Shown one piece after another: positions 8,409 through 17,588 of a stretch of DNA of 64,000 nt. The translations under genes were made by a program, and so were the position numbers. Each line of letters opens with the position of its first letter. The stretch's first letter is position 1. The notes under the pieces were generated by a model. It saw nothing but the letters and a program-made list of their open reading frames with translations. It was not told where the DNA came from and did not search any database. Location of the stretch: contig CAYJPQ010000001.1 in the NCBI GenBank assembly GCA_964372085.1, positions 80,435 to 144,434 of the forward strand, in the 5' to 3' direction. The DNA is from an uncultured Bifidobacteriaceae bacterium (GTDB lineage Bacteria; Acidobacteriota; Vicinamibacteria; Vicinamibacterales; UBA2999).

Positions 8409-9900
8409 CCTCTTTCCCCTGCGCCACCTGCACGACGGCGTCGCCGCCGTACTGCTGGAACAGCGAGAGGAGGCCGGTGTAGAGGAAGCCCACCTGGAAG
8501 AGCATCAGGAACGGCACCGTGCCGTAGATGCCGTTGGCGAGCGCGTAGAAGAGCGTGGCGGTGAAATAGAGGCCCAGCGCCAGCTCGATCATCGGCTGGA
8601 CGGCCACCGACTGGCGGTACTTCTTGCCGCTCCACTCGTCGCCGTTGGCCTCCACGGCGTACTTCGGCGTGCGGACGAACTCGCTGGGCTTCCCGAACAG
8701 CGCCTCGAACACGGCCTTGGTGTTGTTCACGGCGAGGCCGATGCCGATGGACATCAGCAGCGGCAGGTACTTGAGCCGCTCGGTCCACGTCTTCGGGTAC
8801 AGCTCGCGCTGGCACACCATGTAGAAGTTGGCCACCGACGCCGTCGCCGCGAAGAACAGCGGGATGTCGATGAGCAGCATCTCGTACCACCCCATGTTGT
8901 AGCGGATGATCATCGAGGGCGCCATCAGAATGGACAGCACGCACATCAGCGGGTAATTGAAGTTGGCCGACAGGTGGAAGAACGCCTCGGCCTTCACCTT
9001 GAAGGGCTGATCCGACTGCAGGATGCGCGGCATCAGCTTGAGGAAGGTCTGGATGGAGCCCTTCGCCCAACGGTGCTGCTGCGACTTGAAGGCGTTCATC
9101 TCCACGGGCAGCTCGGCCGGCGCCACGTGATCCTGGATGAAGACGAACTGCCAGCCCCGCAGCTGCGTGCGGTAACTCAGGTCCAGATCCTCGGTGAGCG
9201 TGTCGTGCTGCCAGCCGCCACCGTCGGCAATGGCGGTCTTGCGCCAGATGCCCGCGGTGCCGTTGAAGTTGAAGAACAGCCCGGCGCGATTGCGGCTGCC
9301 GTGCTCGAGCACGAAGTGCGCATCGAGCAGCACGCTCTGGATCTTGGTGAGGAGCGAGTAGTCCTCGTTGATGTGGCCCCAGCGCGCCTGCACCAGCGCC
9401 ACCTTGGGGTTCGAGAAGAAGTGCACCGACTGCATCAGGAAGTCGGGCTTGGGGATGAAGTCGGCGTCGAAGATGGCCACGAACTGGCCGCGGGCCACCT
9501 TGAGCCCCTCTTCGAGCGCGCCCGCCTTGTAGCCGGTGCGGTCTTCACGGTGGAGGTACTTGATGTCGACGCCCTGCGCGGCGTGCCGGCGCACCGCCAG
9601 CTCGGCGATCTGCCGCGTTTCGTCGGTGGAGTCGTCCAGCACCTGGATTTCCAGCAGCTCGCGCGGGTAGTCGATCTGGCACACCGCGTCCACCAGCCGG
9701 TCCACCACGTACATCTCGTTGTAGAGCGGCAGCTGGATGGTGACGACCGGCAGCGGGTCGAGGGTGAAGTGAGGAACGGGCTGCTCGTGCTTGTGCTTCA
9801 TGTAGGCGTACACCAGGTAATACCGGTGCCATCCATACACGGCCAAGATCAGCAGCACGAAGAAGTACGATGCGAGAATGAGCGTTTCGACTGGCGTCAT
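8404..9900 (-). CDS. membrane-embedded processive family-2 glycosyltransferase (CesA/CslA/BcsA-like)
   Basis: 498 aa. N-terminal TM helix, DxD (FDADFIP), the QxxRW motif of processive GT2 enzymes (QQHRWAKG), and several C-terminal TM helices. Confidence 0.9.
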   Translation of the reverse strand: MTPVETLILASYFFVLLILAVYGWHRYYLVYAYMKHKHEQPVPHFTLDPLPVVTIQLPLYNEMYVVDRLVDAVCQIDYPRELLEIQVLDDSTDETRQIAELAVRRHAAQGVDIKYLHREDRTGYKAGALEEGLKVARGQFVAIFDADFIPKPDFLMQSVHFFSNPKVALVQARWGHINEDYSLLTKIQSVLLDAHFVLEHGSRNRAGLFFNFNGTAGIWRKTAIADGGGWQHDTLTEDLDLSYRTQLRGWQFVFIQDHVAPAELPVEMNAFKSQQHRWAKGSIQTFLKLMPRILQSDQPFKVKAEAFFHLSANFNYPLMCVLSILMAPSMIIRYNMGWYEMLLIDIPLFFAATASVANFYMVCQRELYPKTWTERLKYLPLLMSIGIGLAVNNTKAVFEALFGKPSEFVRTPKYAVEANGDEWSGKKYRQSVAVQPMIELALGLYFTATLFYALANGIYGTVPFLMLFQVGFLYTGLLSLFQQYGGDAVVQVAQGKEA

Positions 9901-9988
9901 CTATGATGAGGCTTCAGGCCCTTGAATCCAAACAGGCATTATACGCAGCCAATTCCCTTAAAGTCAACGAAACACGGGCGATAGCACG

Positions 9989-10744
9989 ATGACACCGGCA
10001 GAACTCAGGCATATTCTCGACAGCGTCCGCGAGGGGCGGATTGACCCCGCGCGGGCCCACGAACAGGTGCTCGCGGCCCTGCGGGACCAGCCCTACACCG
10101 ACCTGGGGTTTGCCAAGGTCGACCATCACCGCTCCGTCCGGCAGGGCTTTCCCGAGGTGATTCTCGGCCTGGGCAAGACGCCCGAGCAGATTGCCACCAT
10201 CGGCCGGCAGATCGTCGACCGCGGGCATCCCTTGCTGGTGACCCGCGCCACCGAGGAGGCCTGGGCGCTGCTCCACGCTGGGCTTCCCGATGCCGAGTTC
10301 CACCCGGTGGCCCGCGTCATCACGGTGCGCCGCCCGGCGCCCGAGGGCCACGGCACCATCCTGCTGGCCACCGGAGGCACCGCCGACCTTCCCGTGGCCG
10401 AGGAGGCCGCCGTCACGGCCGAGCTGATGGGCAACCGCGTCGACCGGCTCTACGATGTGGGCGTGGCGGGCATCCACCGCGTGCTGAGCGAGCGCGCGCG
10501 CCTCGAAACCGCCCGCGTCATCATCGTGGTGGCCGGCATGGAAGGCGCGCTGCCGAGCGTGGTGGCCGGCATGGTGAACGTCCCGGTGGTCGGCGTGCCC
10601 ACCAGCATCGGCTATGGCGCCAGTTTCGGCGGCATCGCGGCGCTGCTCGGCATGCTCAACTCGTGCGCCAACGGCGTGAGCGTGGTGAACATCGACAACG
10701 GCTACGGCGCCGGGTGCATCGCCAGTATGATCAACCACCTGTAA
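9989..10744 (+). CDS. larB: nickel-pincer cofactor biosynthesis protein LarB (PurE-like carboxylase/hydrolase)
   Basis: 251 aa. N-terminal LarB-specific extension followed by a PurE-like domain with GTADLPVAEEA and VVAGMEGALPSVVAGMV. Confidence 0.85.
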   Translation: MTPAELRHILDSVREGRIDPARAHEQVLAALRDQPYTDLGFAKVDHHRSVRQGFPEVILGLGKTPEQIATIGRQIVDRGHPLLVTRATEEAWALLHAGLPDAEFHPVARVITVRRPAPEGHGTILLATGGTADLPVAEEAAVTAELMGNRVDRLYDVGVAGIHRVLSERARLETARVIIVVAGMEGALPSVVAGMVNVPVVGVPTSIGYGASFGGIAALLGMLNSCANGVSVVNIDNGYGAGCIASMINHL

Positions 10745-10863
10745 CACGTACGGGCCACAGAGGCACAGAGACACCGAGAACAACACATTCAAGGGCAGCC
10801 ACGAAGACACGAAGCACACGAAGACCATTCTGGATTCCTCTGTGTCTCTGTGGCCCGTACGTG
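10745..10863. repeat. 119-nt inverted-repeat element filling the entire larB-mutS2 spacer
   Basis: Perfect 18-bp arms CACGTACGGGCCACAGAG (10745-10762) and CTCTGTGGCCCGTACGTG (10846-10863), extendable to about 26 bp with mismatches. The loop contains CACGAAGA-type tandem units (10800-10825). The element begins 1 nt after the larB stop and ends 5 nt before the mutS2 ATG. Confidence 0.85.
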
Positions 10864-10867
10864 ATTA

Positions 10868-13267
10868 ATGTTGGCAACCCGCACCCTCGAGTTCGATCGC
10901 ATCGTCGACGCCGTCACCGCGCTGGCGCTGACGCCGCTCGGGTCGGCGGCGCTCGCCGAGCTGGCGCCCTCCACCGATCCGCGGGTGGTGGCGCAGGCGC
11001 AGGCCGGCACCACCGAGACGGTGGCCTTCCTCGAGCGGCACCAGCTCTTCCCGCTCCGCGCGGGCGAGGCGCTGCCCGAGACGCTCGAGGCGCTGGCCGG
11101 CGAGGGGCGTCCGCTCGAGCCGTTGCAGCTCCGCGGGCTCGCCGACTTCGTCGACTCGGTGGATCAGACGCGCGCGGGCATCCTGCGCGCGGGCGCCGAC
11201 TTTCCCATCTTGGGCGGCCTCGCCCGCCAGGTGGCGTCGTTTGCTGACGAGGTGACCGCCGTCCGCCGCGCCATCGACGCCGGCGGCGAGGTGCAGGACG
11301 AGGCCAGCCCCGAGTTGCGGCGCATCCGCAACGAGCTGCGACAGAAGCGGGGCAAGCTGCGCGGCACCCTGGAATCGTTCACCCGCGGCAAGGACACCTC
11401 CAAGTACCTGCAGGACGAGGTGGTCACCGAGCGCAACGGCCGCTTCGTGCTGATGGTGCGCGCCGAGCACCGCGGCCACGTGCCCGGCATCGTGCACGGC
11501 AGCTCCGCCAGCGGCGCCACGCTCTTTCTCGAGCCGGCCGCCACCGTCGAACTCAATAACGACATCGTCGAGCTCGAGGAGAGGGAGCGGGCGGAGATCT
11601 TCCGCATCCTGTTGGAACTCACCGACCGCTTCCGCCACCGGCCGGCCGACCTGCGCGTGCTGCGGGAGGTGGCCTCGGCCGTGGACGTACTGCAGGCCAA
11701 GGCCCGGCACAGCGCGCGGGTGAACGGCATCGAGCCGGCGTTCACGGCCGACACCTCCCTGGAGCTGACCGGGGCGCGGCACCCGCTGCTCGAGCGCGCC
11801 GTGCCGGTGGACGTGCGCCTCGACCCGCCCAACCGCGTGCTGCTCATCACGGGCCCCAACACGGGCGGCAAGACCGTGGCGCTCAAGACGGCGGGGCTCT
11901 TCGCGCTGATGGCCCAGGCGGGCCTGCACGTGCCGGCCGCCACCGCGCGGCTGCCTGTGTTCCGCAGCGTGTTCGCCGACATCGGCGACGAGCAGTCGAT
12001 CACGGCGAGCCTCAGCACCTTCTCGGCGCACATCACCAACCTGGTGTCGATGGACCGCGAGCTGGCGCTGCCCGCGCTGGTGCTGCTCGACGAGGTGGGC
12101 ACCGGCACCGATCCCAACGAGGGCGGCGCCCTGGCCACCGCCATCGTGCAGCACTTCCGCCAGCGCGGCGCGCTGGTGGTGGCCACGACGCACTTCGACG
12201 CGGTGAAGACGTGGGGCATCGGCACCGAGGGCGTGGCGGTGGCGGCGTTTGCCTTCGACCCGCAGGACTTCGCGCCCACCTACCGCCTGATCTACGGCGC
12301 GCCCGGGCGCAGCCTCGCCATTGAGATGGCGCAGCGGCTGGGGCTGCCTGCCTCGGTGGTGACGGCGGCCCGCGGCCTCCTCAGTGACGACCAGAAGCGG
12401 CTGCAGGCGCACCTGTCGCGCATCGATGCGCAGGCGCGCGCCCTCGAGGCCGACCGCGTGAAGCTGGAACGCGATCGCCGCACGCTCCACGAGGCCACCG
12501 CGGCCCTGCAGCAGCGCGACCGATCGCTCACCGAGCGCGAGGAGGTGTTCAAGAAGCGCCTCAACGAGCGGCTCGACGATCGGCTGCGCCAGGCGCGCCG
12601 AGAGATCGACAGCGTCATCGAGCAGATGCGCGAGAAGTCGGACGCGCTGGTGGAGAAAGCCAGCCTGCGCGCCGCCCTCAACACGGGCGACGCCGGCGCC
12701 GTGCGGGGCGAGGCGCGCAGCGCGATTGACCGGATCGTGGACGGGCTGCGGCACTTTGGTGCGGCCGGGGCTGAAGCCCCGGCGACACCCGTCGTCGGCT
12801 CCAGGGTGGCCATCGGCGGGATGGGCCTCGAAGGCGTCGTCGTGTCGATCGACGGCAACCAGGCCGAAATCGACATGCGCGGCAAGCGCGTGCGGGCGAA
12901 GGTGAAGGAACTGCGGGTGCTGTCGGCTCCTCAGGGCGCCCCGCCGTCGCGCGAGGCCTCGGCCGGGCAAGCCCCGCAGGGCAGGGTCCGAGTCACTGTC
13001 GACCTCGCGCCGCGCGAGGGCATGCTCAGCGAGCTGAAAGTCATCGGGATGACCGTGGACGAGGCCATCGACCGCGTGGCGCGCTTCCTCGATGACACGC
13101 TCGTCACCGGCATCCAGGAGGTGCGCATCGTCCACGGCCACGGCACGGGACAGTTGCGCAAGGGCCTGCACGCGTACCTCAGGACGAACCCGCTCGTGCG
13201 GAAGTACTACGCCGCCCCGGAGAACCAGGGCGGGGGCGGCGCCACGATCGTGGAGCTCACCGAGTAG
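10868..13267 (+). CDS. mutS2: endonuclease MutS2 (MutS-II ATPase with C-terminal Smr domain)
   Basis: 799 aa. Walker A GPNTGGKT, DEVGTGTDPNEG, and C-terminal Smr (RIVHGHGTGQLRKGLHAYL). Confidence 0.95.
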   Translation: MLATRTLEFDRIVDAVTALALTPLGSAALAELAPSTDPRVVAQAQAGTTETVAFLERHQLFPLRAGEALPETLEALAGEGRPLEPLQLRGLADFVDSVDQTRAGILRAGADFPILGGLARQVASFADEVTAVRRAIDAGGEVQDEASPELRRIRNELRQKRGKLRGTLESFTRGKDTSKYLQDEVVTERNGRFVLMVRAEHRGHVPGIVHGSSASGATLFLEPAATVELNNDIVELEERERAEIFRILLELTDRFRHRPADLRVLREVASAVDVLQAKARHSARVNGIEPAFTADTSLELTGARHPLLERAVPVDVRLDPPNRVLLITGPNTGGKTVALKTAGLFALMAQAGLHVPAATARLPVFRSVFADIGDEQSITASLSTFSAHITNLVSMDRELALPALVLLDEVGTGTDPNEGGALATAIVQHFRQRGALVVATTHFDAVKTWGIGTEGVAVAAFAFDPQDFAPTYRLIYGAPGRSLAIEMAQRLGLPASVVTAARGLLSDDQKRLQAHLSRIDAQARALEADRVKLERDRRTLHEATAALQQRDRSLTEREEVFKKRLNERLDDRLRQARREIDSVIEQMREKSDALVEKASLRAALNTGDAGAVRGEARSAIDRIVDGLRHFGAAGAEAPATPVVGSRVAIGGMGLEGVVVSIDGNQAEIDMRGKRVRAKVKELRVLSAPQGAPPSREASAGQAPQGRVRVTVDLAPREGMLSELKVIGMTVDEAIDRVARFLDDTLVTGIQEVRIVHGHGTGQLRKGLHAYLRTNPLVRKYYAAPENQGGGGATIVELTE

Positions 13268-15143
13268 GCGGGAGCACGCCCACCCCGACCGACGAGGGCA
13301 GGGCCTTGGTGCGGAAGACGCGCTGTGTCGTCGTCCGGAAGTCCGCCTCGCCCGCCTGGTAGATGTTGAGGAAGGTGCCGGGGTTGATATCGATGAGCGG
13401 GAACCACGTGCTCTGGATCTGCACCATGATGCGGTGGCCGCGCCGGAACGTGTGGAACAGGTCCGACACCTCGAACTCCACCTTCGTCGGCACGCCGGGT
13501 TCGAAAGGCTCGGGCCGCTCGAGGCTCCGGCGGAACTTGCCGCGCATCACCTCGCCGCGCACGAGCTGCTGGTAATCCCCGAGCGGGTTCAGGAGATTCC
13601 CCGTCACATCGGGATAGCGGCTCGGGTACACGTCGATGAGCTTCACCACGAAGTCCTGGTCGGTGCCGGTCGTCGACACGCTGAGGCTGGGCCGGATGGG
13701 GCCGGCGAGGGTGATGTCCTCGGCGAGGGCGTCGGTCTGGTACACCAGCACGTCGGGGCGGCGCGCGGCGTGGCGCTGGTCATCCACCATGTAGCGCTGC
13801 TCCATGCCGCGGTAGATGCCGGGGGTGAGCGGCACGGGCCGCTTCGGGTCGGTCGTGTACTCGTCGTAGCCGGGCGCGGCATCGGCGGCGGGCGGGTCGA
13901 ACGACAGGCGTCCCCCCGCGTGCAGGTAGAGCGCGCGGGCCTGCACGGTCGCCGGCGGCCACTCCGCGAACTGCCGCCACTGGTTGGCGCCGGTCTCGAA
14001 GACGGTGGCCTCGGGCAGCCGCATCGGCCCCTTGTCCTTGAGGTAGTGGTTGAAGAACGGCAGCTCGACGTGCCGGCGGTACCACTCGGCGGTGTTGGCG
14101 TCGAAGCGCACGTCGCCGAGCGTGTCGCCGTTTCCCCGCGCCCAGCCGCCGTGCACCCACGGCCCCATCACGAGGGTGTTCGGGACGCCCGGGTTCTGCC
14201 GCTCGGTGCTGCGGTACACGGCGAGCGCGCCGTACAGGTTCTCGGCGTCGTACCAGCCGCCGACGGTCATCACGGCCGCGCGCACGTTCTTCAGGTGCGG
14301 GTTGATGTCGCGGGCCTGCCAGAACGCATCCTTCGCGTCGTGCTCCATCATCTGGTTCCAGAACGGCATCTCGCGCTTGAAATGGCGCTCGTTGGCGTTC
14401 CGGACGGGGCCCAGGTTCAGGTAGAACTGGTAGCCGTCGTTGGTGCCGAGGTCGATGGGCGTGCCCGATCTGACCGGCGACGGCCGCGTGAACGGCCAGC
14501 CGTTGCCCGCGAACCAGCCAAAGGCGTGCGCGATCAGAAACGCGCCGTTGTGGTGCCAGTCGTCGGCCGAAAACCAGTCCGACACCGGCGCCTGCGGCGA
14601 GGCCGCCTTGAGCGCCGGGTGCGAATCGATCATGCCGGCGGCCGTGTAGAAGCCCGGATACGAAATCCCCCACATCCCGACCCGGCCGGTGTGGTTGTCG
14701 ACGTGCGTCAGCAGCCACTCGATGGTGTCGTAGGTGTCGGTGCTCTCGTCGATGTCCTTCGGCCCGGCCTTGCGGGTGAGGTGCGGGCGCATGTCGTCGA
14801 AGGCTCCCTCCGACATCCATCGCCCGCGCACGTCCTGGTACACGAAGATGTAGCCCTCGTCGGCGAAGAGCGGCGACGGCCCCACGCCGGACCGGTACTG
14901 GTCCGACCCGTACGGCGCCACGCTGTAGGGCGTCCGCGAGAGCATGATGGGGTACGCCGTCGAGCGGTCCTTGGGCGTGTAGATGGAGGTGAACAGCCGG
15001 ACCCCGTCCCGCATGGGGACGTAGATCTCCTGCTTGGTGTAGCGCGCCTTGACCTGCTCCAGCCCCTGCGGCTGGAGCGGAATCGCGGCGGCCAGCGCGA
15101 AGGCGACGATGAGCGCGAGACGAGAGAGATGGCGAAGCGGCAT
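13257..15143 (-). CDS. CocE/NonD family hydrolase (S15 X-Pro dipeptidyl-peptidase-like), secreted
   Basis: Internal start ATG 15143 (MPLRHLSRLALIVAFALAAAIPLQ), 628 aa. Nucleophile elbow GISYPGFY. The 3' end overlaps mutS2 by 11 nt (convergent). Confidence 0.88.
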   Translation of the reverse strand: MPLRHLSRLALIVAFALAAAIPLQPQGLEQVKARYTKQEIYVPMRDGVRLFTSIYTPKDRSTAYPIMLSRTPYSVAPYGSDQYRSGVGPSPLFADEGYIFVYQDVRGRWMSEGAFDDMRPHLTRKAGPKDIDESTDTYDTIEWLLTHVDNHTGRVGMWGISYPGFYTAAGMIDSHPALKAASPQAPVSDWFSADDWHHNGAFLIAHAFGWFAGNGWPFTRPSPVRSGTPIDLGTNDGYQFYLNLGPVRNANERHFKREMPFWNQMMEHDAKDAFWQARDINPHLKNVRAAVMTVGGWYDAENLYGALAVYRSTERQNPGVPNTLVMGPWVHGGWARGNGDTLGDVRFDANTAEWYRRHVELPFFNHYLKDKGPMRLPEATVFETGANQWRQFAEWPPATVQARALYLHAGGRLSFDPPAADAAPGYDEYTTDPKRPVPLTPGIYRGMEQRYMVDDQRHAARRPDVLVYQTDALAEDITLAGPIRPSLSVSTTGTDQDFVVKLIDVYPSRYPDVTGNLLNPLGDYQQLVRGEVMRGKFRRSLERPEPFEPGVPTKVEFEVSDLFHTFRRGHRIMVQIQSTWFPLIDINPGTFLNIYQAGEADFRTTTQRVFRTKALPSSVGVGVLPPTR

Positions 15144-15298
15144 AGGGATCCCCACGACAACACCGGCGGTGGCGGCTGGCCAGCAGTATACCCGCGGCGG
15201 TCGGCGCGCGCGGACGGGCGCCGGGCGCGGTACAATGCGTGATCGATTCCATGGCGACCCGGCTGTCCCCTGCCGGCCGCCCGTGTCCGGCCGCACCG

Positions 15299-17551
15299 AT
15301 GTCCAGAATCACGCTGCTCGCTGCCCTGCTCGCTTCGCACGTCGCCGCCTCGGCCGCCGCCGCCCAGCTGGCGGACACCCGGGACGGGGCCACCCCGCCA
15401 GGGTCGGCCGCCGCGCGCTCTCCTGACGGCCGGCTGCTCGTCGTGGCGGCGGAGACCGCCTCGCCCGTGGTCGTGGACGGCGCGCTCGACGAGGACGTGT
15501 GGCAGCGGGCGCAGCCGGTGGGCGGGTTCGTGCAGAGCGAACCGCGGGACGGCCAGCCGGCAACCGAGCGCACCGAGGTCCGGCTGGCATACGACGGCAG
15601 CCACCTTTACATCGCCGCCACGCTCCACGACAGCGAGCCCGGCCTGGGCATGATCAACGAGATCCGCAAGGACTTCCGGGGCACCGACCAGGACACCTTC
15701 GAGGTGATCATCGATCCGTTCGCCGACCGGCGGAACGGCTTCGTGTTCATCACCAACCGCGAGGGGGCGCGCGCCGATCAGCAGGTGGCCAACGAAGGGC
15801 GCGAGATCAACACGAGCTGGGATGCGGTGTGGTATGTCCGCACGCGGCAGGACGCCGACAAGTGGACGGTGGAGATGGCCGTGCCGTTCCGGTCGCTCCG
15901 CTTCGACCGGGGCCTTCAGGACGTGTGGGGCATCAACTTCAGCCGCCGCATCCGGCGCAAGAACGAGGTGGACTTCTGGTCGCCCGTGCCGCGGGCCTAC
16001 AACCTGGCCCGCGTGTCGCTGGCGGGCGATCTGGCCGGCCTGCCCGCGGTGTCGCCGGGGCGCAACCTCCAGGTGAAGCCCTACCTGCTCGGCAAGACGG
16101 TGCGGCCCACCGGGCTCGGCACCACGTTCGATCCCGACGCCAGCGTCGGCCTCGACGTGAAGTGGGGGGTCACGCCGGCCCTCACGCTCGACCTGGCGGC
16201 CAACCCCGACTTCGCGCAGGTGGAGGCCGACGAGCTCACGGTGAACCTCACGCAGTTCAGCACCTTCTATCCCGAGAAGCGCGACTTCTTCATCGAGAAC
16301 TCCGGCACCTTCTATGTCGGCGACGCGGCGCGCAACAACCGCGTCACGACCACGCCCACGCCCGACGAGAATCTCCTGCTCTTCCACAGCCGGCGCATCG
16401 GCCTGGGGGCCGACGGCACGCCCATTCCCATCTACGGCGGCGCACGGCTGACGGGCCGCGCGGGCGACTTCGAGGTGGGGCTCCTCAGCCTGCAGGTGCA
16501 GTCGACCCGTGCGACGCCCGGCAACAACTACACGGTGCTCCGGGCACGGCGCAACCTGCGGCCGGGCTCCGATCTCGGGGCCATCTTCATGAGCCGCCAG
16601 TCGGCTGAATCGGGCCGCGACTACAACCGGGTGTACGGCGTCGACGCGAACATCCGGTTTCTGGGGGCGACCGACTGGAATTCGTACGCGATCCGGACCG
16701 ACACACCCGGTGTCACCGCGGGCCAGTACGCCTGGCGCACGTCGCTGAACCGGGAGAGCAACTTCTTCCACGGCAAGGGCGGCATCATGTCGATCGGCGA
16801 GGGCTTCAACGACGAGATGGGCTACTACCGCCGGGTCGGCGCGCGGAAGTGGTTTCTCGACACGGGCATCCGCCCGAGGCCGGCGGCGTGGCAGCGGCGG
16901 GGCGTGCGCGAGTTTCATCCACACGTCTTGTGGAACTACTACACCGACATGAGCGGCCGGATGGTCGGCAAGCGGCTGCACAACGGGGTGACGGTGTTCT
17001 TCAACAACGGGGGCTACACGGAGCTGTCGTGGAACCCCGAGTTCAACGAGATCACCGCGCCGTTGCGGATCGCGTCGAAGGTGCGGCCGGTCGCGCCGGG
17101 CGGCTACGCGTGGGACGAGTGGCAGCTCCGCTTCAGCAGCGACCCGAGCCGCCGGCTGTCGGTGACCTTCACCGGCATCGCCGGGGGGCTGTGGAGCGGC
17201 CAGCAGCGCACGGTGGCGGCCGGCCTGACGTGGCGTCCGACCTACCGCCTCCGCATGACCGCGAGCCTCAACCGGACCAGCGCCGACCTGGGCGTGCCGG
17301 GCACCGAGTTTGTCACGGCGGTCTGGACGGCGCGGGCGAACTACTCGTTCTCGACCAACATGTTCCTCGACTCGCTGCTCCAGTACGACCAGGACCGGCA
17401 CCGCTTCAACGCGAACCTGCGGTTCAACTTCATCCACCGGCCGCTCAGCGATCTCTTCGTCGTGTTCAACGAGCAGGAGATCACCAACGACCCCGCCATC
17501 GCGCCTGGCCGCGGCCTCGTGGTGAAGTTCACGAGGATGATGGCGTTTTGA
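15299..17551 (+). CDS. DUF5916 / carbohydrate-binding family 9-like outer-membrane-type protein
   Basis: Start taken at MSRITLLAALLASHVAASAAAAQ (signal peptide), 750 aa. N-terminal VVDGALDEDVW...YDGSHLYIA is CBM9-like. The long C-terminal part is beta-rich and ends in an aromatic residue (MMAF). Confidence 0.8.
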   Translation: MSRITLLAALLASHVAASAAAAQLADTRDGATPPGSAAARSPDGRLLVVAAETASPVVVDGALDEDVWQRAQPVGGFVQSEPRDGQPATERTEVRLAYDGSHLYIAATLHDSEPGLGMINEIRKDFRGTDQDTFEVIIDPFADRRNGFVFITNREGARADQQVANEGREINTSWDAVWYVRTRQDADKWTVEMAVPFRSLRFDRGLQDVWGINFSRRIRRKNEVDFWSPVPRAYNLARVSLAGDLAGLPAVSPGRNLQVKPYLLGKTVRPTGLGTTFDPDASVGLDVKWGVTPALTLDLAANPDFAQVEADELTVNLTQFSTFYPEKRDFFIENSGTFYVGDAARNNRVTTTPTPDENLLLFHSRRIGLGADGTPIPIYGGARLTGRAGDFEVGLLSLQVQSTRATPGNNYTVLRARRNLRPGSDLGAIFMSRQSAESGRDYNRVYGVDANIRFLGATDWNSYAIRTDTPGVTAGQYAWRTSLNRESNFFHGKGGIMSIGEGFNDEMGYYRRVGARKWFLDTGIRPRPAAWQRRGVREFHPHVLWNYYTDMSGRMVGKRLHNGVTVFFNNGGYTELSWNPEFNEITAPLRIASKVRPVAPGGYAWDEWQLRFSSDPSRRLSVTFTGIAGGLWSGQQRTVAAGLTWRPTYRLRMTASLNRTSADLGVPGTEFVTAVWTARANYSFSTNMFLDSLLQYDQDRHRFNANLRFNFIHRPLSDLFVVFNEQEITNDPAIAPGRGLVVKFTRMMAF

Positions 17552-17553
17552 AG

Positions 17554-17588
17554 AGAAGTTAGAAGTACGAAGTCAGAAGTACGAAATC
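17554..17588. repeat. 5 x 7-nt tandem array filling the gap between two convergent stop codons
   Basis: AGAAGTT AGAAGTA CGAAGTC AGAAGTA CGAAATC. It is bounded by the TGA at 17549-17551 (+ gene) and the reverse-strand stop at 17587-17589. Confidence 0.85.
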
